Below, one piece after another: positions 18,345 through 26,411 of a stretch of DNA of 42,999 nucleotides. The number at the start of each line of letters is the position of its first letter. The stretch's first letter is position 1. Below the pieces are notes generated by a model. It made no database searches, had not been told where the DNA came from, and worked only from the letters and a program-made list of their open reading frames with translations. The stretch covers positions 1-42,999 of IMG/VR virus record IMGVR_UViG_3300033067_000342, one strand, 5' to 3'. The translations under genes were made by a program, and so were the position numbers. Source of the DNA: a virus (Duplodnaviria; Caudoviricetes).

Positions 18345-20153
18345 TCATGGCATCACCACAGCGCGGATTGCGAATGCCTCTTGAGCCGCCTGGGCGATTG
18401 TGCCTTCTGAGTCAATGCCAAAGCCGTTGGGGAGATCGCCACCAGCGACACCCCACTCGCCCCAAGAATTGACGTATTTGACGTACAGTCTACCGTCCTT
18501 AATGAACGCGCGGACATAGCAGATCGAGTGACCTTGGCGACCAACGACCACCGGCATGTTCAGCAGCAAGCACGTGACAAGCTGTTTTGTGCCTCGCACG
18601 GAGAAGAACTCAGTGCAGCGGAAGTGTTTTGCGGTGGGCTGCCAATCGCTAGGGTACGGCGTGCTCCAGCCAGTGTTCGGCATAACCTTGTCGCCGAATC
18701 GAACACGGTTTTGCTCATTGTCGAGCGGCAAGATGCCTCGCTCTTTCATCTCCATAATGCCGTCAGACACCATAGCGCCGCTGCCAGGACTTGAGCCAAT
18801 ACGCTTATACAAGCTCATTGCCGACAGGTGAATCACATTCGGTTTGCCGAACTGGCGTGCTTGCACAAGCTCGTGCGACTGCGAGGTAGCGTTGGCAACG
18901 CAGTTGCCTGAAATCAGGATCGTGCCATTGCGGCGCGTAATCAGCGTGCTATTCGGAACGGTGGCGCAGTAGACCTTGCCGGTGTACTTTCGAGTCTCAA
19001 TGTGGAGCTTACGGCACAGGGTGAGTTCGTCGGTCTTGGCAATCGAAAGGACATACGAAACACCTCCTGATGCCCGGCGACCGTCGTTCATGATAGAAGA
19101 TCGCGGCGGCTTAATGCCAATCTTTCCGCGCTTGCCAATGCGAAGGTGCAATTCCTGCAGGTCGTCAATAAGTTGCTTGCTGGAACTGAAGAACTGCGGA
19201 TTGCCAGCCTCGGCTCGTGCGTGAGTCTGATCTCCAAAATATTCCATGAACAAGCGAATCTGCCGCTCGCTGGCAACCTTGATTAGGTCGGGGACTTTCT
19301 TGTGACGAGCACCAAAGCCTTTGCCGTCGTACATGTTGTGCAGCAGCCACTTTCGCAGTGCATGCGCACCGTATCGATAGAAGACACCTGGGCGACCCGG
19401 CTGCTCTGTGAATCCGGTTCGCTCGGCAAGCTCCTTGATCTTTCGGTAGCGAGACTTATTGAAGCAGCAGAAGCCAACGCCTCTGCTAGCCGAATCTGGC
19501 TTGCCAGCATATCCGTCAGACACCAATACCGAGATCAGTGCGATAAGGTCGTCGCCACGATACTCGCGGTCGCCTTCGATTCCAAGCTCAATAAGCTCTG
19601 TCCCGATGTGCCCAGTCGGCGCAGACATGAGTCCAGCGCACCAGCCAAGTTTTCCGGCCTCCGCGAACGTGTAATTACTTACGAGCTTGCGATCCGGCTC
19701 TGACCACTTTCGCACATACATTCGGTGATTTGGAGTCACGCCGAAATCGACCCGGCTGTTTTTGCTGTACACGATGTCGCCATCGTAGTCGTACACGTGC
19801 TTTTGCTGTGGTGCCTGGAATTCAAGCAGGCCAGTCTCTTGGTTCACGGTGCCAAGCAGGTCACTCCAGTTATACTCAGGCCACGGAACCCACCCCTTCT
19901 CGGTGAGAACTTCGGTGTCGTCGAGGTGGCATGAACCCTCATTTTTCTGATTGTAAATCCGCGTCACCAGATAATCCAGAGAGGTCTTCTCAAGCTCTTG
20001 CTTCGCCATCAACGCTGGCCAGTCGCCTTCGTTGATGATCTGCACGGAGTCGCCGACATTCATGCAGACATTCATCGAGCCCATGCCGGAGAAGCCACCG
20101 GCATAGTTCGGGTCTTTTGTAAAGTCAACGTCAACAAACTTGTCGTCAAACAT
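18345..20153 (-). CDS. Papain-like C1 cysteine peptidase containing an intein (about 259 aa after splicing)
   Basis: Spliced sequence NQKNEGS|CVANA gives the oxyanion Gln and catalytic Cys; LSAMSLY, GSGAMVSDG, GHSICYV (His), NSWG (Asn). Confidence 0.85.
   Translation of the reverse strand: MFDDKFVDVDFTKDPNYAGGFSGMGSMNVCMNVGDSVQIINEGDWPALMAKQELEKTSLDYLVTRIYNQKNEGSCHLDDTEVLTEKGWVPWPEYNWSDLLGTVNQETGLLEFQAPQQKHVYDYDGDIVYSKNSRVDFGVTPNHRMYVRKWSEPDRKLVSNYTFAEAGKLGWCAGLMSAPTGHIGTELIELGIEGDREYRGDDLIALISVLVSDGYAGKPDSASRGVGFCCFNKSRYRKIKELAERTGFTEQPGRPGVFYRYGAHALRKWLLHNMYDGKGFGARHKKVPDLIKVASERQIRLFMEYFGDQTHARAEAGNPQFFSSSKQLIDDLQELHLRIGKRGKIGIKPPRSSIMNDGRRASGGVSYVLSIAKTDELTLCRKLHIETRKYTGKVYCATVPNSTLITRRNGTILISGNCVANATSQSHELVQARQFGKPNVIHLSAMSLYKRIGSSPGSGAMVSDGIMEMKERGILPLDNEQNRVRFGDKVMPNTGWSTPYPSDWQPTAKHFRCTEFFSVRGTKQLVTCLLLNMPVVVGRQGHSICYVRAFIKDGRLYVKYVNSWGEWGVAGGDLPNGFGIDSEGTIAQAAQEAFAIRAVVMP
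18903..19931 (-). mobile_element. Class 1 intein (343 aa) with LAGLIDADG-like domain in the C1 peptidase
   Basis: Starts CHLDDTEVLTEKGW; block B VTPNHRM; block F VYCATVPN; ends ISGN|C; LISVLVSDG and SSSKQLIDDLQEL motifs. Confidence 0.85.
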
Positions 20154-20539
20154 TAGCTACCCTTCGACAGTGCAATGACCTCGGCAGCCGTTTGCGGGCA
20201 CGGCTTGCGGAGAATGAGAGATTCGCCGGTCTCATTGGCGATGATAAGCTCTGGCACCGCATACGGCTTAAACCGCTCCAAGATTGGAAGCGGTTTGTCG
20301 TCGTATCCGACAGTATCCTTGTCCAGAAAAAGATACTTGTGGCCCCCATCAGCGATGTACTTTGCAGCCTCGCCGCTGTTGAGAGCCACAGCCAGATTGC
20401 CTAGCCACGGAGTGCTGCTCTCGCTCTCGTGGACAACCATGATCGTCTGCTTGCCTGACGGCACGACGACATTGCCGCCATCCTGCGAAAACGCAAATAG
20501 CAGCACAATACCGATGATTAGAATAGCCTTGAAGTTCAT
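20153..20539 (-). CDS. Secreted/membrane protein, possible thioredoxin-like fold lacking CxxC
   Basis: Signal-like N-terminus; IMVVHES, LFLDKD and VPELII pattern. The fold is inferred. Confidence 0.5.
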   Translation of the reverse strand: MNFKAILIIGIVLLFAFSQDGGNVVVPSGKQTIMVVHESESSTPWLGNLAVALNSGEAAKYIADGGHKYLFLDKDTVGYDDKPLPILERFKPYAVPELIIANETGESLILRKPCPQTAAEVIALSKGS

Positions 20540-20778
20540 TACTTCTTGAGTTCCTTGAGGGCTTCCTTAATCTCAGCAAGCTGATCCGAGATCGAAGCGA
20601 CGTTCTGCTTCAACTGCTCGCCACTGAAAATCTTACCGCGAACCCACGCGATCATCTTGTCGCCCACATCGGGCACGAGATACGTGAGCAAGATAATGAG
20701 CGTGCAGCCAAGGGCGTACCACTTGGTAATGAACGCGATGATGCCAGCTAGATTCAACGCACTGTTCAGGACTTCCAT
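20539..20778 (-). CDS. Small membrane protein, holin-like
   Basis: Hydrophobic N-terminal half and coiled-coil C-terminus. Confidence 0.5.
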   Translation of the reverse strand: MEVLNSALNLAGIIAFITKWYALGCTLIILLTYLVPDVGDKMIAWVRGKIFSGEQLKQNVASISDQLAEIKEALKELKK

Positions 20779-20787
20779 CTGTCTCTC

Positions 20788-21216
20788 CTACTTGCAGCGG
20801 CAGCACGACATGCCGCAGCTTTGGTTCTTGCAGCCGCAATCAATACAGCATGACGAACCACTCGCCAGCATGGCTGCCTTAATTTTCTTTTCATCAGCGC
20901 CGACAATGCGTGCAGACTCTTCGTATCCGCTGCCCTTCCACTGATACACAATGACCGTTGGCAATGCCCGCACTTTCAACCCAGATGTGTACTGACTCTT
21001 GTCGTCAAGCTCGACGCACGCAGCGTTCGACTTGATCGCGCACTCGCGGAACACCTTCTTGGCGGCAGGGCAATTCGGACACCACTCAGCGCCGACGTAC
21101 ACGCAGAACTTGCCCGCCAGCTTGCCGGACTCATACGCCACGGCGTATGGATCGCGAGCCACTGGCGCAGGCTGAGTGCCCTGCATACACACCATCAGAA
21201 CTAACTCAAAAAGCAT
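20788..21216 (-). CDS. Thioredoxin-family protein with signal-like N-terminus and Cys-rich tail
   Basis: ATG 21216 MLFELVLMVC; VYVGAEWCPNC active site; VRALPTVIV cis-Pro loop; tail CCIDCGCKNQSCGMSCCRCK. Confidence 0.8.
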   Translation of the reverse strand: MLFELVLMVCMQGTQPAPVARDPYAVAYESGKLAGKFCVYVGAEWCPNCPAAKKVFRECAIKSNAACVELDDKSQYTSGLKVRALPTVIVYQWKGSGYEESARIVGADEKKIKAAMLASGSSCCIDCGCKNQSCGMSCCRCK

Positions 21217-21382
21217 TGGAGTACTTTCGCAGTGCGTTGGCGGCAATTGAAAGCACGGCAACGGCAATAGGCTGGTAAACGCCGAAGTCAGCGCCGCTGA
21301 CATATTGTGTGGCGTACGTTAGGATTGCACCGGCAGCGGCAACTGCCGCGCCCTTGAGAATTGCCTTGACTTCATCACTCAT
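21206..21382 (-). CDS. Holin-like 2-TM protein (58 aa)
   Basis: MSDEVKAILKGAAVAAAGAILTYA...IAVAVLSIAANALRKY: two hydrophobic helices and a basic tail. Confidence 0.6.
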   Translation of the reverse strand: MSDEVKAILKGAAVAAAGAILTYATQYVSGADFGVYQPIAVAVLSIAANALRKYSNAF

Positions 21383-21705
21383 CGGCGGAGCCTCACGTTG
21401 TTGATAGGCATGGCGTTCCGTCGCTCGTAATACGTGTCCTCGTCCCACGCGGCTCGGCACTCAGCGGCACGCATGGCGATCTGCCGTGGTGTCGGGCACC
21501 CGGCAGGGATTATCTCGTTGTAAAGTGCCATCTCATTCTCGCTCATGCGACGCACTTCAGAAACTGGTGCCGACCATTTTTTTCCAGTTTCTAAGTTGTA
21601 GGCGGTGACTCGCTCGGCTGAGGCGTCGGTGACGGTTCCCCATCCGTTTGGTCCGATGACGTAATCTCGGGGCGAGTAATTGCCTTGTCCTTTTCGCAAA
21701 GCCAC
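21379..21705 (-). CDS. Hypothetical protein (start uncertain)
   Basis: Ends with ATGA coupling to the holin-like gene; C-terminal PTPRQIAMRAAECRAAW helix. Confidence 0.45.
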   Translation of the reverse strand: MALRKGQGNYSPRDYVIGPNGWGTVTDASAERVTAYNLETGKKWSAPVSEVRRMSENEMALYNEIIPAGCPTPRQIAMRAAECRAAWDEDTYYERRNAMPINNVRLRR

Positions 21706-22019
21706 CCCTTGCCGCCACACTGGCAGCGGGGATTCAGTGCCTTGGTGCAATCTTGGCATATCCGTAAAGGCTCCGATGCTCGGATTTCAGTTATTGCGCT
21801 CAGCAAACACGACAGCACGTACTCCCAGTCGAGTGGGATTATGCAGTCATACCGCTTCCTGCAACGAACCGCTTCCTTAGCTAACGCCTTCAGTGACTTG
21901 CATAGGTAGTCGGCGTTGTCTCGAAACGCGAATACCTTGCGATTCCTCATTGGTATGACAAATTGCTTGTCATCCAAAATCTTCTTGAAGTGCGCTACGA
22001 AGTCTTTCTTCTTAGGCAT
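21591..22019 (-). CDS. Hypothetical protein with zinc-finger-like CxxC..CxC
   Basis: ICQDC...RCQCGGKGW. Confidence 0.5.
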   Translation of the reverse strand: MPKKKDFVAHFKKILDDKQFVIPMRNRKVFAFRDNADYLCKSLKALAKEAVRCRKRYDCIIPLDWEYVLSCLLSAITEIRASEPLRICQDCTKALNPRCQCGGKGWLCEKDKAITRPEITSSDQTDGEPSPTPQPSESPPTT

Positions 22020-22212
22020 TTCGCCTCCAGGGAAAGTCCCATTGCGGTCTCGACATCAATTCGCGAGCTTGGGCAAGTTGTGCTTCTGTCCATCCAAGGC
22101 GATCTCGAATTTCAGCCCAAGTGGCAGTGTAGCCTCTGGCCCGCCACGGCGATTCACTTGCAACTGCGGCTGACGAGTCAATCACTTCTTCCTCGTCAAA
22201 TAGCGTTTTCAT
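22012..22212 (-). CDS. Small MKTLFD-tagged protein
   Basis: 66 aa starting MKTLFDEEE; first gene after the terminator/promoter. Confidence 0.55.
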   Translation of the reverse strand: MKTLFDEEEVIDSSAAVASESPWRARGYTATWAEIRDRLGWTEAQLAQARELMSRPQWDFPWRRNA

Positions 22213-22231
22213 GGACGATCATCCTGCGCAT

Positions 22232-22274
22232 AAAAAAACCCCACACCTGGATTATAGCCCAAGTGTGGGGTTTT
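22232..22274 (-). terminator. Rho-independent terminator after the capsid operon
   Basis: Minus strand CCCCACACUUGG-8 nt loop-CCAGGUGUGGGG followed by U7. Confidence 0.85.
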
Positions 22275-22278
22275 GCAA
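22251..22278 (-). promoter_or_regulatory. Sigma70-like promoter embedded in the terminator
   Basis: TTGCAA (22278-22273), 16-nt spacer, TATAAT (22256-22251). Confidence 0.55.
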
Positions 22279-22282
22279 TGGA

Positions 22283-22816
22283 CTAAGCCACGTAATCGCC
22301 GTTGTTCTTGATGAGGAACGCACCAGTCGCACTGTTGGCAGCGCCAGCAGTAACGCACATGCCGATCACCATCGTACCAGCGGCAGTCGGGCTGCCAGAT
22401 TTAAGCGTACCGCTAGCGTCCCAGTGGCAAGCAGCGGCAGTGGCAACGCCAGTACCGTCAACTTGACCATTCTCAACGTAGCCTTGCTTAATACCCCAGA
22501 ACAGGTCATACTGCGCGATCGGAGTCGTGCCGTAAGCTGGGTCAATCATGATACCAAAAGCACCGACCGAATCAACGAGACCGCTGATTCGACGGCCAAT
22601 ATAGCCAGGGACAGCCTTAGCACCGTAGCCGGGGCTAGTAATGGCCGTGCCCATATTGCGAAGGCAGACAAGCTCGGTCTCTCGACCAGTCGCGCTGTCT
22701 TTCACAATGGCGGTTTTGCCTTCCAGGTTGATACCAGCGTTGGTACTGGCCAGGGTGGTGTCGCCGCCAAAGTAGGTATCACCTCGCGCAAAAGGCATTG
22801 GATCGCCTAATGACAT
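22283..22816 (-). CDS. Capsid decoration/cement-like protein
   Basis: 177 aa, Gly/Ala-rich, from ATG 22816 immediately after the major capsid gene. Confidence 0.6.
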   Translation of the reverse strand: MSLGDPMPFARGDTYFGGDTTLASTNAGINLEGKTAIVKDSATGRETELVCLRNMGTAITSPGYGAKAVPGYIGRRISGLVDSVGAFGIMIDPAYGTTPIAQYDLFWGIKQGYVENGQVDGTGVATAAACHWDASGTLKSGSPTAAGTMVIGMCVTAGAANSATGAFLIKNNGDYVA

Positions 22817-22841
22817 TGGAAACCTCTCTTTGTTAGTTGGA

Positions 22842-23927
22842 TTAGAGACTGACCAACTTGCATTGGCTTCGCGGATTGATGATCCGCAAGTTACCAAAGA
22901 AGTCGATTGCGACACGATCGCTCAGCGATTCAAGGTTGAAGTCGCTGTTGCTCTTGAACAACTGATCTTGCCACGAGTGCAATTCCAGTTCGTCAAGACA
23001 CAGGCCGTAGCCGACGCCAGCAGTCAAGCCGTGCTCCCAATACACATCGACGCCGTTGACGTTGAGTGCTTGGAAACCAGCCGAAGTCTTCTGGACAGCC
23101 TGACCACGCTGAACATGAATCTGCTCCTTAGCCTCAAGAGCATCACTCAATTGGCGGAACAGGTTCTTTTCGAGCAAGAACATATCGAGATTGCTGCCGT
23201 TTCGCTCGGTGTTAATCGAGGCGAACCGCAGGGCTTCAAGACAGGTGTTTGCCCAGGTCTTGGTGGCATTCGACCAGCCACCAGACGAGGCAGCCAAGGT
23301 TGCGCTGTAGTCTACGACTAGCGGGCTCCAGAAGTCGTAGTGGCTGTCACCGTAGCCGTCAGGCCAAGTGCCAGCCCACGTACCACCGTAATTACCGCGA
23401 GTCGTCGAAAGACCAGCGTAGGTGTCGTTGTTGGTGCCGACAAGGGCGCTGCCGCCATTATCAGTCGCACTAAACACCGACTCCAAGCCGTGAATACGAT
23501 TCGTACTCGCAGCCGCATTGCCGTCAACATTGAGCAACTGTTCAGCGAACTGGTCGCGGATGTCCGCGATCAAGTCCTTGACCATTTGCGTATACTTGTT
23601 GACAATAGCCTCTTTGCCAGAACACATCAGCTTGTCGGCCTTGGTGCCTGATTGCGAGACCACATACGCACGCATCGGCAATTGTGCCGTCTTGTGCTGA
23701 TCCAGACGCGAAAACGTGATCGAATCCGAGTCGTCGAATGGAGTGAGCGGAGCACGCTTGTGCTTCACCTTCCAGTCGATCAACTTGCCAGTGCATCCGT
23801 TGGTGATGCGGCCCTTGCTCTGAAGCATGGCGAGCAAAACTCGCTTGCGCAGGATAGCCAGGGTCTCGCCACGGATGTAGCGATTGATCGTAATATTCGC
23901 ATGGATCGAGTTACTGCCAAAACTCAT
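22842..23927 (-). CDS. Major capsid protein
   Basis: 361 aa from ATG 23927 with GTGGAG SD; IHGLES, YAGLS, GFQALNVNGVDV, FFGNL...PR motifs; follows scaffold. Confidence 0.8.
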   Translation of the reverse strand: MSFGSNSIHANITINRYIRGETLAILRKRVLLAMLQSKGRITNGCTGKLIDWKVKHKRAPLTPFDDSDSITFSRLDQHKTAQLPMRAYVVSQSGTKADKLMCSGKEAIVNKYTQMVKDLIADIRDQFAEQLLNVDGNAAASTNRIHGLESVFSATDNGGSALVGTNNDTYAGLSTTRGNYGGTWAGTWPDGYGDSHYDFWSPLVVDYSATLAASSGGWSNATKTWANTCLEALRFASINTERNGSNLDMFLLEKNLFRQLSDALEAKEQIHVQRGQAVQKTSAGFQALNVNGVDVYWEHGLTAGVGYGLCLDELELHSWQDQLFKSNSDFNLESLSDRVAIDFFGNLRIINPRSQCKLVSL

Positions 23928-23964
23928 GGCTAGACTCTCCACTTGGTAATTGAAAAAACTTGCG

Positions 23965-24065
23965 GAGGTGTGGAGATGCCGTAAAGACTAAATGCTCTCG
24001 GGCCGTTACAACGCGGGTATCCGATTGCATTTAATCCGCCGCTTTCGACCAGCGCCTCCACTAAA
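23965..24065 (-). ncRNA. Putative structured cis-regulatory RNA in the capsid leader
   Basis: Nested stems GUGGAGGCGCU/GGCAUCUCCAC, GGAUUAAAUGC/GCAUUUAGUCU and UCGG/CCGA; mismatches are mostly G-U on the minus strand. Confidence 0.5.
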
Positions 24066-24082
24066 CGCCGGTCAGCCAGCAG

Positions 24083-25087
24083 CTATTTCTGTTCGCCTGG
24101 ATCAATGATCGCCAATAGTTCCTTGGCAAGGTCAGTGCCAGCAGGCCACGGATCGTCTGCTGAGGGTGTCCGCGCCGCGGTATTCGGGCGTCGGGCTGCA
24201 GCAGCCGGTCTTGTCTGTCGTTGCTGCGCGCTTCGTGAAGCGGAGGCAGCGGGGTTGTAGCCTAGCTCGATAATGGTTCGAGCCTTGGCCATTTCCATTT
24301 GCATGGCGAGATCAGGGATGACTGGCGTTCCAGTGTCTGGATTCACGGCGCTGAGAACCGCGAGGTGCTTCTTGAGAACCTCGCCTTCCTTGGTTAGTTT
24401 GCCGCTGTCCAGTTTTCCGCCATCGAATACCCAACTCGCCTCTTTCTGTGCTAGCGATGCGGCCTGCTCTTGCATGGCTCGTCCGTACCGCTCTTGCTCA
24501 ACCGACTGAAACCGCTGGTCAGCAATTCGAGTTGCCTCCTCGCGGATCAGTTCCCGAAGCTTGTCGCCACCGGATTCGAGCAGCACATCCACGGGATTGT
24601 GGATCAGCCGCTTTCCCTGGTCCTGCACAAACTTCTGATATCGCCGCACTTTCGTAACCACATTCGGATCGGCCCCCGGCTTGGGTGCCATCGTCTCTGG
24701 GTCAAAGTGCTCCAGCCATTCGTCGTTCCAGTCAGGATTCTTGCTGTCATCCTTCGGAGCTTCGGCTGGCTTGTTGTATCGTTTCGCGAGAACTTCATAG
24801 ACAGCCTGCGGATTGGTCAGTAACTGCTTGCCAATCTCCGCCTCTTCGTCCCGCTTGCCCACCATTGAGTAGGCGTTTACGAGGCCTTTAATCGCCTCTT
24901 CTTTTGTCTTGTACTTTTGCGAGAGATCAACGTGGAAGTTCTGCGCGATCTCGGCAAAGAAGTCTTCCTGAGCTACCGGGGCCTCGGGTGCCCCTTCGGC
25001 TGGCGTCTCGACTTCCGGCGTGTCTTCGACCTCGGTCGAAAGAAGCTCTGTGTCCAAGTCGAAGTCTTCGACTACTTCATCTGACAT
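24083..25087 (-). CDS. Capsid scaffolding protein
   Basis: 334 aa; acidic N-terminus, KYKTKEEAIKG, helical body and A/R/P-rich C-terminus; upstream of the capsid gene. Confidence 0.7.
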   Translation of the reverse strand: MSDEVVEDFDLDTELLSTEVEDTPEVETPAEGAPEAPVAQEDFFAEIAQNFHVDLSQKYKTKEEAIKGLVNAYSMVGKRDEEAEIGKQLLTNPQAVYEVLAKRYNKPAEAPKDDSKNPDWNDEWLEHFDPETMAPKPGADPNVVTKVRRYQKFVQDQGKRLIHNPVDVLLESGGDKLRELIREEATRIADQRFQSVEQERYGRAMQEQAASLAQKEASWVFDGGKLDSGKLTKEGEVLKKHLAVLSAVNPDTGTPVIPDLAMQMEMAKARTIIELGYNPAASASRSAQQRQTRPAAAARRPNTAARTPSADDPWPAGTDLAKELLAIIDPGEQK

Positions 25088-25108
25088 GACGATACCCTAG
25101 TGGAGTGG

Positions 25109-25130
25109 AGTGGATTATTAGATAGTATCA
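25109..25130 (-). promoter_or_regulatory. Candidate late promoter, copy 2 (TGATA-N11-TCCACT)
   Basis: Minus strand TGATACTATCTAATAATCCACT, between the terminator and the scaffold ATG. Confidence 0.35.
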
Positions 25131-25163
25131 TGACAAACTTACTAATGGATACCCACCGCGCAT

Positions 25164-25194
25164 AAAAAAACCAGCACCCTTGCACGGATGCTGG
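25164..25194 (-). terminator. Rho-independent terminator ending the early/replication region
   Basis: CCAGCAUCC-GUGCAA-GGGUGCUGG followed by U7. Confidence 0.85.
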
Positions 25195-25254
25195 CCGAGT
25201 TCACAGCGGATCATGCCAAACCGCCGACTCTTCACTTCCTGGAAAAACTACTCG

Positions 25255-25569
25255 TCAAACAGCGTTTTCACGATGCACCCATGTTGCCGTTAGGATGTAG
25301 CATCGATGAACTAAGTCACGGTCAATGTCGAACGCTATCTGGCCATCTGATCCTCTGGCGGAATTACGAAGTAGCCCAACATGGTAGTCAATTACGGACA
25401 TTGGGTCGCGAGACATCATAACGCTGGCCTCTGGGATTGACGACGACATGCACCGCAATTGCCGAAGGCTTTCGTATCGAAGAGCCTGAAATGGATACGC
25501 CTGTCGCAGTGCGTAACGGATGTCGCGGTCTACCGCAACTGGCTGGTCTTCATCAAATAGCGTCTTCAT
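25255..25569 (-). CDS. MKTLFD-tagged hypothetical protein
   Basis: Starts MKTLFDED at ATG 25569; ends RENAV* inside another copy of the motif. Confidence 0.55.
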   Translation of the reverse strand: MKTLFDEDQPVAVDRDIRYALRQAYPFQALRYESLRQLRCMSSSIPEASVMMSRDPMSVIDYHVGLLRNSARGSDGQIAFDIDRDLVHRCYILTATWVHRENAV

Positions 25570-26023
25570 ATCTCGACGATGCTCCTGGCATCCTCCCGTT
25601 TCTTCCACTGAAACACTCTATCTCAAGGTTCTCAAGCATCCAGTCTCTGGCTTGCTGGCTCGTAAATAACTGTCGCCGCTTGCGACGGCTATTGTGAGTC
25701 GGCTTCGACTGAGCGCACTCGCGAATCATATCAGGCGTCATAGTCTGGATCAAGGCCGAATACTCGCACACTGGACCGAAATTCCAGGCGTAGTCAGACG
25801 GAACCCGAAACCAAGATGACGACGCCATCAGCCGGTCAATGGACGCGAAGGAGTCGATGCCGACCCCTTCGCAATCCCATTGCTCTCCGCAGCAGCTAAT
25901 CTGGAGATGGGTTGTACGGAGCCTGTAAAGCTCCTCCGCGCTCATTGCATCCGCCAGCAATTCCGCTAGGAGTCTTATCGCCTTTCGTGAACTTGTCGCA
26001 GGAAGAACCTTCAGCCACTCCAT
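25553..26023 (-). CDS. Hypothetical protein
   Basis: 156 aa; ends YEDAI* in the junction motif; start uncertain. Confidence 0.45.
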   Translation of the reverse strand: MEWLKVLPATSSRKAIRLLAELLADAMSAEELYRLRTTHLQISCCGEQWDCEGVGIDSFASIDRLMASSSWFRVPSDYAWNFGPVCEYSALIQTMTPDMIRECAQSKPTHNSRRKRRQLFTSQQARDWMLENLEIECFSGRNGRMPGASSRYEDAI

Positions 26024-26411
26024 ATTCTTTCCTCAAATTCTTGTTCAACTCTGGCCAAGTGTGATAGCTATGAATCGCACCGGCCACGTTCCACATGGCG
26101 TGGCCAAGGTGGTCCTCAGATCGGTCGCCATTAAGCCACATATACAAGTGCCGGATTCCGTGGTTGAGCATGTCCGACACCGGCATGCCCTTCTCCCAGT
26201 TGTAGTCGCCGTACTTCTTGGCACCCTCGGCACACGCCATCGCCCAGTGCTTCATGGCAACCGGAGACAGCAGGTCATACCGAGTGTCTTCAGCGTCAGC
26301 ACTGCGCACAGCGCCGGTGCTATAAGCGACGGAGTTCTCGGTCGCGAGATCGGTACATATCCAGCGCTCTTCCTGGTTCGACTCCGAGAATGTTACCTTC
26401 CCATCGTTCAA
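25896..26411 (-). CDS. dATP/dGTP diphosphohydrolase domain protein (DUF5664-like)
   Basis: TGAVRS..RYDLL..EGAKKYGDYNWEKG..RHL..EDHLGHAMWN; start uncertain (TTG 26411 or further upstream). Confidence 0.75.
   Translation of the reverse strand: MNDGKVTFSESNQEERWICTDLATENSVAYSTGAVRSADAEDTRYDLLSPVAMKHWAMACAEGAKKYGDYNWEKGMPVSDMLNHGIRHLYMWLNGDRSEDHLGHAMWNVAGAIHSYHTWPELNKNLRKEYGVAEGSSCDKFTKGDKTPSGIAGGCNERGGALQAPYNPSPD

Noticed and set aside
20146-21216. MFDD and MLFE starts as further copies of the MKTLFD motif
   Set aside because: Only TTTGA is shared; the KT codons and spacing are missing.
22226-25172. Identical GGTTTTTTTATGCGC at the 3' end of both terminators
   Set aside because: Mostly the U-tract itself plus a few bases; too little information for a separate claim.
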